A DNA stretch of 64,000 nucleotides from Octopus vulgaris (lineage: Eukaryota), in the NCBI GenBank assembly GCA_951406725.2, contig OX597828.1, positions 78,058,001 to 78,122,000 on the forward strand, written 5' to 3'. Below, in pieces: positions 1 through 12,536 of this stretch; position 1 is the first letter of the stretch; the number at the start of each line of letters is the position of its first letter. Made by a program: the position numbers and the translations under genes. The notes under the pieces are model-generated. The model saw only the letters and a list, made by a program, of their open reading frames with translations. It did not search any database and had not been told where the DNA came from.

Positions 1-251
1 TCCCTAGACCTTTCTCCTACTTACTACCACATTTTCATGCACCTTGATGCTGAAAGTACATTCAAAGAGTTCCTCAGCTCCAGAACTCCAGAATTTTATG
101 TTACCGGAATAAACAAACTTGTAACTTGGTTGGCAAAAACGTGTTGATTGTAATGGTATTTATTTTGATGAATAACATGTTTGCATTGTCGAAATATATT
201 GTGATGAATTTCATGTTTCAAAACGTTGCTTCCTTTTTACTCAGCCTGATA
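1..251 (+). mobile_element. 3' end of a decayed Tc1/mariner (mariner-type) transposon: transposase C-terminus plus right TIR
   Basis: Frame 1 reads SLDLSPTYYHIF...FKEFLSSRTPEFYVTGINKLV, then after a frameshift WQKRVDCNGIYFDE* (stop 173-175). This matches the mariner C-terminus (YSPDLAPSDYHLF...FY..GI.KL..RWQK.V..NG.YF). It ends in a TIR-like ...tttttactcagcctga followed by TA. Confidence 0.75.
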
Positions 252-987
252 TGTTTGTCTTGTAAAGAATGAATTATTTAAACATTAACACAAAGTTAAA
301 TTCTACCTTGCTTATTAGACAGGTGTGTATTTGTTTTTTTCCTATATCAGTCTGTTTACATACAAATTGGTTTGATTGCAGAAACACATGCCTTGCATAA
401 TTTGCATAAATAATTAATGTAATGCATTAATTAGTTTCACCTATAATAGTTATTTTCTCTGCATTAATTTTCTTCTTTTTGTTCTTTCATTTTCTTCTTT
501 ATTTCTTCATCGCCACCCCCACCAGTTCTTAGCTGGAATGCCAACCCCCTCCACTGTCTGAGAAGATATGGTAAAACAATTGCTATTTTAGCCACTGGGC
601 CTCTTTGACCAAGCAAACCAATGATCAGAGGTTTGTCAACCATGCCCATACCATCTTTACATGTATTTTGGACTACTATATGTTCTTTCCTCTATGAAAG
701 ACATTTTCTGGGGTGAAATTTGAGGGAAATTTTGCCTGTTTTTAACAGCTTCAAGCAATCACATAGAAATCCCGTCATTGACAACAAAATGGAAATTACA
801 GCAAAGGCTAGAACTGGTTTTGTTGTGTTTTTTAAGCTAAAGACAACTCTTAAAAATAGCTTTCTTTACTCTATCCCTAACCAGCCCCCCCCCTGCTCTT
901 TCTCTGTCTCTATGTAAATATATATAATTGCAGCAGCAACAGCACCAAAATGCTTTTGTTTAGCCTGTCTATATTTATTCAGATTTA

Positions 988-989
<2 letters not shown>

Positions 990-1042
<53 letters not shown>

Positions 1043-1079
1043 ATATGTATGTATATATATGTATATGTATGTATATATA
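990..1079. repeat. (TA)n / (TATG)n microsatellite
   Basis: Directly visible. Confidence 0.95.
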
Positions 1080-1497
1080 AATTAATTAATTCTTTATCTG
1101 GAAAGCTTAGTGTCTGAATACAGCAGGGGCTTAATAGAGTACACTCCACTTGTAATGTAATCTTGCTTTTATTGACAATAAAATGTCATGTGACCTTGGC
1201 TATTAACCAATCATCTCTGGTTTTATTGCAGATAAAACTTTCTGACCTAATTCTTTCACTACTGGAAATAAAACACATAAACAAAAGCAAATCAAACAAC
1301 AAAACTCCCGTTAATTACATATAAATATATATCAGATACACACCTATGTACCCCCCACACACACACACAATATGTATGTATATAAATTTTGCATTGAAGC
1401 ACAGCTTTTCAAGAAGGTCACAGGGTGTGAACTTTCTGATACTTTATATAAACCCAGGTATAACCAAGTACTGCTGCTAGTATATATAAATAAATAT

Positions 1498-1534
<37 letters not shown>

Positions 1535-1629
1535 GTGTGTGTATGTGTGTATGTATGTATGTATGTATGTATGTATGTATGTATGTATGTATGTGTGTGT
1601 GTATGTATGTATGTATGTATGTATGTGTA

Positions 1630-1667
<38 letters not shown>
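1498..1667. repeat. Compound (TA)n-(TATG)n-(TG)n microsatellite
   Basis: Directly visible; source of spurious ORFs. Confidence 0.95.
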
Positions 1668-1668
<1 letters not shown>

Positions 1669-1837
1669 TGGGTGCCTAAGCAAAATTTCAATCTAGAGGT
1701 ACATATGTTGCCCATGACTTAAAAACATACATGCATTCACTTGCACTTGTCAAGTATCTTCTACTGTTACACTGGGCTGACCAAAGCCTTCTGAGTGGAT
1801 TTAGCAGATGGAAACTGAAAGAAGCCCATCATATATA

Positions 1838-2076
1838 CCACATAAAAGGCACCATTCAAGTGTGGTCGATGCCAGTGCTGCCTGACTGGACCCTGTGCCG
1901 GTGGCATGTAAAGTGCACCCACTCCATTCTTGGAGTGGTTGGCATAAGGAAGGACATCCAGCCAGATCAGATTGGAGCCTGGTGCAGCTTCCTGGTTTGC
2001 CAGTCCTTAGTCAAACTATCCAACCCATGCCAGTATGGAAAGTGGATGTTAAACAACAATGATGATGATGATGATA
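1838..2076 (+). mobile_element. RTE LINE 3' tail fragment (preceded by a SINE-A core piece at 1741-1836)
   Basis: Same gtgccggtggca...gtggttggc..aggaagg.catccagc...aacccatgc..gcatggaaa...(GAT)n end as the long RTE copies in this window. Confidence 0.8.
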
Positions 2077-2238
2077 TGAAATTTTATACTTATATCTCTT
2101 TGTCTATTTACTCTTACTGTATATTTTGTATAATGCCTTTGCTGATATGTAATGGTGTATTAAAGTATTGATTGGGTATCATCGGATAGTTGATGTTTTA
2201 TTGATTTAAGTATGTTTCTCCATTCTCTAATTTTGTAG

Positions 2239-2274
<36 letters not shown>

Positions 2275-2339
2275 GTTTAAATATTTGTTGTGCAAGATTT
2301 TTTATTGGCTAAACTGGCAAAATGACCATTCCAAAATAT

Positions 2340-2393
<54 letters not shown>

Positions 2394-2474
2394 TATTATT
2401 ATTTTCATTCATACTTTAATTATTTTAAAATTATTATTTGTATATTTTAAAATATTGATATTTTAGATTGAAGT

Positions 2475-2517
2475 CCACCTGAAGATTGTCGATCAAGACA
2501 AGAAACGATTGTAGTGG
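2475..2517 (+). ncRNA. Minimal type I hammerhead ribozyme motif
   Basis: ccac CTGAAGA ttgtc-gatcaa-gacaa GAAA c-gatt-g TA gtgg: full core, 4-bp stem I, 5-bp stem II, short stem III. Confidence 0.75.
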
Positions 2518-2961
2518 CGTTTTTTTGACTATTTATTAAAATTTTATGTATTGATTAAGTCTTTCCTTGTTTGTTTTGCAAAATAGTGGTTTTGTCTCTA
2601 ATAATATTTTATAATATTTTACTATAAAATTGGATTTAATCTTAAATCTGATTTTTCCCTGTAAATTTGGATTTATTCCCTAATATTTATTATTATAAAT
2701 ATATATATATATATATTAGAAGGTTTGGAGATGATGTACAGGTATTTTATATTAGAAGAGATGAGGTACTCAGAAATTCAGATGGTTTTATATTTACAGA
2801 TATTTATTTGTATATTACGTGTTTTTATACATCATGTATTATATATTAGCGCTTTCATCCATTCTAGTGGAGTTTTCAAATTGAACTAAGTTCTTGGGGA
2901 AAATTTGACCATTTTTATAGTGTTATTGAGTGTGTAGTGGTGGGGAGAGATATAAGATAGT

Positions 2962-3012
<51 letters not shown>

Positions 3013-3499
3013 GTTCCAAATTGTACAAAAAAAATAATGACAAGAGACAGCTGAGGGAACCAAAACAAGATGTATTAATTAGTTTGACACTTGTGAGAAA
3101 TGGAAAAGTCTTTGACATTTTGATGAATGAGAGAATGCACACACACACATATATGTATGTATATTTATATTTATTCATGCACACACACATACTAAAAGGT
3201 CTTCTCCATTATGGAAACTTTCTTTATAGAATTCAGCACTTGCAAGAGAATCTGAAGTTTGACCAAAGGAATTCATTTAAAATTACATAATGGAAATGAA
3301 TGAGAAACTTCTCATCACCATTTCATGTCCATTCTTTCATGCTGGCATGGGTTGAGCAGTTTACCATCTCCTGGGTTAGTTACCTGTACTGCAGTTTAGA
3401 GTCCAATCCACCCTGTATACAGACAAATCCACCCTGCATACATACAGACATACTTATATGCATATGTGTGTATATTGGCAGTCCCTTGGATATGACCAT

Positions 3500-3778
3500 G
3501 TGAATTTCACTTGATCCAGTGAATGGAACAGCCTGCTCGTGTAAGTGGTTGAGTACTCCACAAACATGCATGCCCTTAAAGTAGTTCTCAGGGAGATTAA
3601 ACGTGACAAGGCTGGCCCCCTTTGAAATATAAGTACCACTCATTTTTGCCAGCTGAGTGGACTGGAACAATGTGAAATAAAGTTTCTTGCTCAAGGGCAT
3701 AACATGTTGCTGGGAATTGAACTCACAACCTTGCAATCGTGAGCCAAATACCCTTACTACTAAGGTACGCACCTCCAC
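3500..3778 (-). mobile_element. tRNA-headed SINE (family D)
   Basis: Minus strand gtggaggtgcgtaccttagtagtaaggg...gtgagttcaattccc (A/B boxes) and CORE-like cccttgagcaagaaactttatttcac; related copies at 5710-6015, 17505-17750 and 46450-46545. Confidence 0.75.
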
Positions 3779-4055
3779 TACATATATCAGGGATGTTCTT
3801 CCTGGGTATGCAAGGAAGGCAGTGCCTACTCTGAAGAAAATAAATCGATAGTAACATTCTCCTTTTATGGCAAAATATGCACCTAATTCAATAAAATTAT
3901 GAAGGTTAATCTAATTACTGTGCATAAAATGCAAAATATTTGATTTTTTTCTAGATTAGATTGACATAATTTGCCCTGCTTTTCAATCTAGGTGTTGCTA
4001 GTTTAGTTTGCTAACAGCCAGCCAGGCCATGCAAAGGGTTGTACTGGGTTACAGG

Positions 4056-4345
4056 CAGTGGTGGACTGGGTCTAAAAATATTGATTGCCAGGAGACTAAG
4101 GGGGCCCACCCGCAACTACAATGCTATCATTTAAATTTTTTTTGCTAAAAGTATTCTTTTCAACTGTCTACAAACCCAGCCAGGCTGGAATAATTAATGC
4201 ATTCTTCTGGGAGTGAATAAAAAAATTTTCAAACTTGAGGGGATGGGTCCCTTAGATACTAACATGGGCCCCCATAGTTGGATTCTAATGGCGCAAGGTC
4301 CCACTTGCTATCAGGCAAGCTGGCAACCTGGCCAGTCTGCCACTG
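4056..4345. mobile_element. hAT-type MITE
   Basis: TIRs cagtggtggactgg / ccagtctgccactg; imperfect 8-bp TSD gttacagg / gtatcagg. Confidence 0.6.
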
Positions 4346-5194
4346 GTATCAGGTCACCTGTAGCATTCAGGATAAACCTTGGTACACACACGCCACACAC
4401 GTGTGTATAAAATACTTGTGCTATGTCCCTGTGTGTCGCAAGGGGTCAGTAAATGGTTCTGCAACTGAAATGGGCCCCTTGTACTTGAACCGCTTAATGG
4501 AAACTCAATACAAGTTAATTGTAGAATAAGAAGTTTATTGAGGTAATTGTGTCATGCCTGGGGAAACTAGATACATATGGAGTGACCAGAGGTGTTGTGT
4601 GTGAGTTAGGAAGTTCTTCTAAGTAGGGTGTAGGTTTGTTTATTTTTAGTCTGTGTATGGTTTCATTTATTTTATTTTATTTTTTTTATATCTGTAGTTT
4701 TGAGCAAAGGTGTGTGTGTGTGGGTTTTGATCTGATAGCAGTTTGGTGGAGTGAGTGTAAATTATATTCATGATTCTTTTGTAGGTTACAGGGATGTCAT
4801 GAAGTTGTCAGTCAGTGGTGTGTGTGTGTGTGTGTGTTTATGAGTAACCTGGGTGAGGTAGCGTTGTTTCAATTTTCACTGAGTCATTCACAAGCCATGT
4901 GTAGCTGAGTGAGCATCAGCATGGAAAAAATTTGGTCAGTCCTTAGTGATTGACCAATGCTTGGCGTAAGTAAACATTGCAGTTCTTGGTGTATTTTGGG
5001 AATTTCCTGGCAACACTTCTCTGCTGTGATGGTTTTACCAGAATTCAAGAAATGGTAGGGAATGGATTACACATGCTGATCACTAACCAGTTGGTGGGGG
5101 TTGCTGCTGTTGCTGTCTTCTTTTTCTTCTTCTTCTTCTTCTCCTACTCCTCCTCCTCCTCCTCCTCCAATCAGGAATCATACTATTAGCCACA

Positions 5195-5639
5195 AAGAAT
5201 AATCTCTAATTCGAGCCTACTCTAAGCTACTAAGAATGCGTGTGGCAACTTGAAGATCCACCCACCACACGCGATAGATTGGCGGTTGCACGGGTGCGAA
5301 AGCTACATTGTTATCTTCATTCCGTAAACGATGACTTTTAACGGGTGGAGAGCTGAACCATCCTGGGGTACAGAAGACTCGCAATCTAGACTAGGGTCTG
5401 AAAGTTTACCACACCATAGTGGGTTATACCATGGTTCCTCTGCTTTGTGGCAGAAGTAGGAAGAAAGAGTGAGAGAAAATTGTGGTGAAAGAGTACAGTG
5501 GGGTTCACCCCGCTGGAGCTTCATGGAGCTTAGGTGTTTTTTGCTCAATAAACACTCACAATGTCCGGTCTGGGAATCGATACAGCGTTCTTATGACTGT
5601 GAGTCCTCTACCCTAACCACTGGGCCATAGCGCCTCCAC
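5195..5639 (-). mobile_element. tRNA-headed SINE (family C) with an unusual CpG-rich 3' module (5195-5450)
   Basis: Minus-strand head gtggaggcgctatggcccagtggttaggg...tcgattcccagaccgg; body ctctttcaccacaa..ttctctcact shared with the copy at 17700-17750. Confidence 0.7.
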
Positions 5640-5709
5640 TGCTGTTGTTTCCTAAGTCAGCTCTGATTCAGCACATTTTCTTTTTTCCCCTTTTCCTCCT
5701 TATTTTGGC

Positions 5710-6015
5710 ATTCCATCATTTACAATGAGGAGTGTTCCAGTTGATCCAATCAATGGAATATCCTGTTCATGAAATTAACATGCAATTGGCTGAGTGCTCC
5801 ACAGACATGCATACTCTTAATGTAGTTGTAAGGGAGATTCAGTGTGACACACCGAATGTGACCAGGCTGGCCCTCTGAATTTCAACTGATTTTTGCCAGC
5901 TGAGTGAACCGGAGCAGCATGAAATAAAGAGCCTTGCTCAAGGACACAGTGTACTGCTTGGAATTGAACCCGTGACCTTATGATTGTTAACCAAATACCC
6001 TAAACACTTAGGGTA
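5710..6015 (-). mobile_element. SINE family D copy
   Basis: Homologous to 3500-3778. Confidence 0.7.
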
Positions 6016-6766
6016 TTTGTTCCCTCTCTCCAACACATTTACTATCAAATGCATTCCAACCATGACCATCCAGTATTATTTCTCCAGACATAATGTATTT
6101 AGAATTACATTCTTCAAAGTTGCTGGTGGTGATGATGATGGTGGTATTGTTGTTTAAATCTCAGTTCAGTCTTGATCAAAGACATTCTAGCCATGACACT
6201 GCTGTTATTTTACCAGATGCAGTGTATCTAGTACTATGTCAGCAAGTCCTTCCTTCTATTTAGATTGTAGTTTTGAGAGATTTAGCTGCTGTTTCTAGAA
6301 GTTTGAATGAGCATGTAAGGTCCCTTCACTGCTGTTTCGGGCTATTGATTGATTTTAGTTTCAGCTCATGAGCTGTGGCCATGCTGGGGCACCGCCATTA
6401 TGTGGTTTTTGAAAATGTGATGACGATTGGAAATACTTATCAGTTGGGCCATTATTAACTATCTAGCAATTTATCATTATAATTTTCTATGTGTTTACAC
6501 AGAGCTTGTTGAGGCATTCAATAGCAGGACGCCCTTCTTATCACCAACCCTCGGTGATGTCCTAGTAGTTAAATTTCTCCATGATCAGACATGATTTTGC
6601 AGAAAAGTGGATAGGTATAATGCAGTTTGTAGGACTGTGACACTACTCATTCACCAACTATCATGTCAAGACAAGATGGCACAAATATACACATCCATCA
6701 TCATCATCATCATCATCACCATCACCATCACCATCATCATTATCATCATCACCACCACCATCATCA

Positions 6767-7140
6767 TTCTGAGTTCAAATTCCACCGAGGTCGACTTTGC
6801 CTCTCATCCTTTCGGGATTGATAAATTAAGTACCAGTTGCATACTGGGGCCGATCTAATCGACTGGCCCCCTCCCCCAAAATTTCAGGCCTTGTGCCTAG
6901 AGTAGAAAAGATTATTTTTAAGGCAGCGAGCTGGCAGAAACGTTAGCACACCAGGCAAAATGTTTTGTGTTATTTCATCTGTCTTTACATTCTGAGTTCA
7001 AATTCCACTGAGGTCGACTTTGCCTTTCATTCTTTCGGGGTCAATAAATTAAGTACCAGTTGTGAACTGGGGTCAATCTAATCAACTGGTTCCCTCCCCA
7101 AAAATTTCAGGCCTTGTGCCTAGAGTAGAAAAGAATATTA
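6767..7140 (+). mobile_element. Tandem pair of Meta-domain SINEs (family B): partial copy 6767-6915 plus full copy 6919-7140
   Basis: aaggc.gcgagctggcagaaacgttagc head, gagttcaaattcc B-box, and gtcgactttgcctttcatcctttcggggtcgataaattaagtaccag matching the MetaSINE central domain. Confidence 0.75.
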
Positions 7141-7628
7141 CTGCTTGTTTTGAAGTGAGAGGCATATTTTTCTGTATTTTCCGGAATGAAAGTAGAATTT
7201 ATCAGAACAAAATTAACAAAAAAAAAAGAAAATGTAGGTCAACATATGTACCAAAATGACTTTGGATGACTGAAAATTCCAAGTGAAATACAACAGGATT
7301 TGGAAAGTTAAGGCTGATATTTGAATGTTTACACTGATTGTTTGCTGTGTTGATTTGTCTGACAGAAAATACAGTATCTTCACCTATATTGTTGACTGTT
7401 GCATTCTCTGTGAGGGCTTTGATTGGATTTATCTGAAGTTAGGTCAGCATGGCAGCACCTTCTTTCTCTGTCTTATTTCTTAAATTTGGGGCATGCAAGA
7501 CTATAGTCAACATGCTTTCTTTATCTGAATGTTTATAGAAAACTTGCACATCTCAAACGAGCTGGTGGCAAATTAATGGTTCCTGAACCAGAATGGTCAT
7601 TAATCTAATTATTCTAATCTTTGTATGT

Positions 7629-7668
<40 letters not shown>

Positions 7669-7997
7669 GGAGCATCTATACATGGCTCGTTGGTTGATTG
7701 CAAATTGGAGATCCATAAGATCTTGTTCTCTAAACTAATGGTTGAGGTGTGTAGAAAACAAGTAACCAACTGTGAGATTTGATTCATATAGAAAGATATA
7801 TATTCACACACACACACACATTTATACACACACACACATACACACACATACACATATATATGCACACACACACACATACAATAATATAGACACACATATA
7901 CACAAACACACACATATATATAGATACACACACATATACACACACACAAATATACACACACACATATTTATATAGACACACACACACATACACATAT

Positions 7998-8037
<40 letters not shown>

Positions 8038-8441
8038 TACATATTGTAGAGAGACATTGATTGAGCAGACAACCGTATGTTAAGGAGTGGGAGAGACAGA
8101 CAGACAGACAGAGAGATTAACAGACAAAGAATGGTAGGGAAGCATGTCTCATTGTTTCTCTAGCAATTTCTTGGCTGTTCCTCCCCCCTCCCCCGCTTTC
8201 AATGTAGAGAATGTTAGTTCAGAAACCAATTGCCTTTGCCACACTCACTTGCACTTGACATAATCATAGCATCTTCTCTTGTGCCTCTTCATGTCATCCC
8301 TAGGATGCTACTGCACGATATATTCTGTGCACAACTTTTTCTTTTTATGAATGGAAAAAAAGATGGTTTAATCTGTTCCGCTGAGAAAGACTCGGCTTAG
8401 AGGAAGAGAGGGGAGCTTTGTGCAATGTGAACTGTTGCCTG

Positions 8442-8475
<34 letters not shown>

Positions 8476-8574
8476 CATGTACACACACACACACACACAC
8501 ATATGCTCTGTCTCTCATATGTTCTCTCTTTTGCTCACACACTCTTCTATTTCAAATACATACATGTGTATGTG

Positions 8575-8615
<41 letters not shown>

Positions 8616-8815
8616 GCATGTAATCTATGTCGGAGTCAATAACCCTATCAATTTAGTCTCTTGGTGTAAAGTAAATAGAGTAGTCCCACTTTGGCAAGAA
8701 ATGGGGACCAATCTTCATTTCTTTGTCTTCTTAGATCTTCATGCAAGCCAAAAATTGTTTATTAAACAAAGTTTTTGAAATTAGCCAAAAATAATGCATT
8801 GTGTAGTACATATGA

Positions 8816-10607
8816 TTAACAGGGTCCCCCGATCCCTTATCTGGTGGTCAATGAGGAAACTAGGGATAGATGAATGGTTAGTGAGAGCTGTACAAGCCAT
8901 GTACAGGGACGCTGCTAGTAAGGTGAGGGTTGGCAACGAGTACACTGAAGAATTCAGGGTAGAGGTAGGGGTCCACCAAGGTTCAGTCCTCATCCCCCTC
9001 CTATTTATCATAGTCCTCCAGGCAATAACGGAGGAATTCAAGACAGGATGCCCCTGGGAGCTCTTCTATGCTGATGACCTCGCTCTAATTGCTGAGTCAC
9101 TATCAGAACTCGAGGAGAAGTTTCAAGTGTGGAAACAAGGATTAGAATCAAAGGGCCTTAAAATCAACCTAGCTAAAACCAAAGTCCTAATAAGTAGTAA
9201 GGCAGGCAAACCACAAATCCCTTCAGGTAGATGGCCCTGCTTGATCTGTAGTAGAGGTGTAGGTAGAAACACTATAAGATGTACTCAGTGTAAGCTATGG
9301 ACACATAAGAGATGCAGTAATATCAAAGGAAGGCTAACTGGGAAGATAGCTTTTGTATGTGGCAGATGCTCAGGTGCAATAAACACTGACAATGTGCAGA
9401 GAACAACTTTCACCACATTCCAGGGAGAAAAACTAGAAGTAGTTGATAGCTTCCGTTACCTAGGTGACCAAGTCAGTAGCAGGGGAGGGTGCTCTGAAAG
9501 TGTAATAGCTTGGGCAAAGTTCAGAGAGCTCTTACCCTGCTGGTGACAAAGGGCCTCTCGCTCAGGGTAAAAGGTAGACTGTATGACGCATGTGTATGAA
9601 CAGCCATGCTACATTGCAGTGAAACATGGGCTGTGACTGCTGAGGACATGCGTAAGCTCACAAGGAATGAAGCCAGTATGATCCGATGGATGTGTAATGT
9701 CAGTGTACATACTCGACAGAGTGTAAGTACCTTGAGAGAAAAGTTGGTATGGTCATGTAGTGAGAATGGATGAGGATAGCTGTGTGGAAAAGTGCCACAC
9801 CCTAGCGGTTGAGGGAACCTGTGGAAGAGGTAGACCCAGGAAAACCTGGGATGAAGTGGCGAAGCATGACTTTTGAACTTTAGGCCTCACCAAGAAAATG
9901 ACTAGTGACCGAGACCTTTGGAAATATGCTGTGCTTGAGAAGACCCATCAAGCCAAATGAGACCATAACCTCATGGCCTGTGCCAGGGGCGTAACCAGCC
10001 ACTTGTGCATACCTTTTCCTTCTTTGGACACTAAACTCTGCTTCCGAAGACCTGTTGAGGCAAGTGAAATTGAAATCAAAGTGAAATTCGATGACGGGCA
10101 CGAGCACTATACGAGTGTGATCGTTGACAGAGCAGCTAACAGGCTTCCGTGCCAGTGGCACATAAAAGGCACCATTCGAGTATGATCGATGCCAGCTTTG
10201 CCTTATTGGCACTTGTGCCTCATGCTAGTAGGGTGCTAAGAGCACCATCCGAGAGTGATTGTTGCCAGAGTGGCTAACTGTCTTCCGTGCCAGTGACATG
10301 TAGGAGGCACCTTTCGAGCAGGATCATTACCAGCATTGCCTTACTGGCATCTATGCCGTTGGCATGTGGAAAAAATTTGAGCGAGGTCGTTGCCAGTACC
10401 GCCAGACTGGCCCTCGTGCCGGTGGCACGTAAAAGCACCCACTACACTCTCGGAGTAGTTGGCGTTAGGAAGGGCATCCAGCTGTAGAAACTCTGCCAGA
10501 TCAAGACTGGAGCCTGGTGCAGCCATCTGGTTTGCCGGCCTACAGTTAAACCGTCCAACCCATGCTAGCATGGAAAGCGAACGGTAAACGACAATGATGA
10601 TGATGAT
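8816..10607 (+). mobile_element. 5'-truncated RTE-clade LINE (RT C-half, frameshifted, plus long 3' UTR ending in (GAT)n)
   Basis: ORF 8794-9546 with GVHQGSVL.PLLF, LFYADDL and FRYLG motifs; continuation frameshifted; (GAT)n tail. Confidence 0.9.
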
Positions 10608-11140
10608 ATATTTACTGTTGTGTCTGGGGAGAGTCATTTTCTTTTTGTTCCTTATAATGTAATACACTCACCGGTAAAATTTCCACTTATTTCTTATTTT
10701 TATTTTCCTAAAATTTTTGTTGCATCTTGCAACCTTTTCAATAGTCTTGACTCTGTCCGTTCTTTACACACATGCATGCAGAGTTGATGGAAGCTTTATA
10801 TATTTCTCATCTGTTTGTCAATATTGATTCTGGAGTGCAGCTAATTTTGAAAATTGACAAGGATGGGTGTGTGAAAAATAGGATTGAAGGTCAGAGTGAT
10901 TAACAAGGTCTGTGATATATGATCCTGCAAGTCACAAGATATCATTAAATGCTGGTGCCATGAAAAAGAAAATGCAGTTGGCATTAAGAAGGGTATCCTG
11001 CTATAGAAATCATCCCCAAACTATGGCTCTGGAATAAAATGTTGTCATCCAACCTGTTGGATTCTCTCAAAGGGTTTGACTCCTGCTAGTAAGGAAAGTA
11101 GACTTCAGATGATGATGGTGAGGATGATTATGACCAATGA

Positions 11141-11662
11141 AATAGCTGGTCTGTGATTGATGAGATGGCTGGCCCGTGATTGATGAGGTGGCTGGCCAGC
11201 GATTTAGGAGATAACTGGCTTGTGATTGATGAGGTGGCTGGCCAGCGATTGACAAGATGGCTGGCCAGCGATTGACAAGATGGCTGGCCAGTGATCAACA
11301 AGATGGCTGGCCAGCCATCGATGAGATGGTTGGCTAGTGATTGATAAGGTGGCTGGCCAGCGATTGACAAGATGGCTGGCCAGCGATTGACAAGATGGCT
11401 GGCCAGTGATCAACAAGATGGCTGGCCAGCCATCGATGAGATGGTTGGCTAGTGATTGATAAGGTGGCTGGCCAGCGATTGACAAGATGGCTGGCCAGTG
11501 ATCGACAAGATGGCTGGCCAGCGATTGACGAGATGGCTGGCCAGCGATTGACGAGATGGCTGGCCAGCGATTGACGAGATGGCTGGCCAGCGATTGACGA
11601 GATGGCTGGCCAGCGATTGACGAGATGGCTTGCCAGCGATTGATGAGATGGTTGATCTCTGA
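11141..11662. repeat. 23-bp minisatellite (GATGGCTGGCCAGCGATTGACGA) with a 115-bp higher-order duplication
   Basis: About 22 units; the 5-unit block starting at 11233 recurs at 11348. Confidence 0.9.
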
Positions 11663-12536
11663 TTAATAATACAGATGGTGTGTGATTGAGATAGATGACC
11701 TGGAGTTCATGAGATAGATGGTGCACACGCGTGCATGTGTGTAAGGAAGCAAAATTATTTCTAGTTTTATTGATTATTTTGCAACAGCTTTGAACAAGTC
11801 TAACCTCCTTCATATCAATCTGTGTGGCTGATGAACTTTAATCAAAGAGCTTCTTTTCTTTACTGCATGTGAGATTGTGACACCTGGGGGAGATGTGTGT
11901 GTGTGAGGGGTTGTTCTTCATTCTCTGCCTTTATTTTTGATTTTATTTTTCTGAACTTATTTATAGCATTAGTTATTTTATCTTACATACTCTAATGACA
12001 CAGGCTACTTTTTAGGACCCATTCATAACTCTTTCGCAAGTTCCACTCATAACTGTTCTCCAGGGTTGACTCAACACTTTTTTTTTCAGAGGAGCTCAAT
12101 AGAAGGAAGGTTCTCTCCAGATGAGCTGTCACCTGAATGTTTTTCTTTTTATTTACTCAGTCCAGGAGGTGGTGTTAAACCTCCATCCAAGACTAAGAGT
12201 AGTTCTCTGTGAACAGGTTTCTACCCATCTTCTGTCTGCCTCGTTTCACTCTCAGATCTTTGATCCACTCAATTCTATGATAAAGACACTTGCCCAAGGT
12301 GTCGCACGGTAAGATTGAAACCACAGAATTGTGAAGTAAACTTCCGTCACTGTACCGATGGTCAGATCTGTAGTTTGACTTCTGATTAGCTTATTCATAT
12401 CTGTTGATGCATGTCCAATTTTATTTTGACGGTGGGAGGTAGAGAGGGGTGTAATGAGGGTTTTTGCTGTCCTTTTAGTTTGATGTATTTCACTATAAAG
12501 TGGTTGGTGTTATGAAGGGCATTCAGCCATAGAAAT

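Noticed and set aside
3700-3778. tRNA genes (here and at other SINE heads)
   Set aside because: A/B-box heads continue into SINE bodies and lack a complete cloverleaf
4400-5090. Possible very old retroelement ORF on - (LPFLE, PLVTPY-like peptides)
   Set aside because: Too degenerate to support without a translated search
11141-11662. CRISPR-like regular repeats
   Set aside because: Units are contiguous with no unique spacers; eukaryotic context and no cas genes
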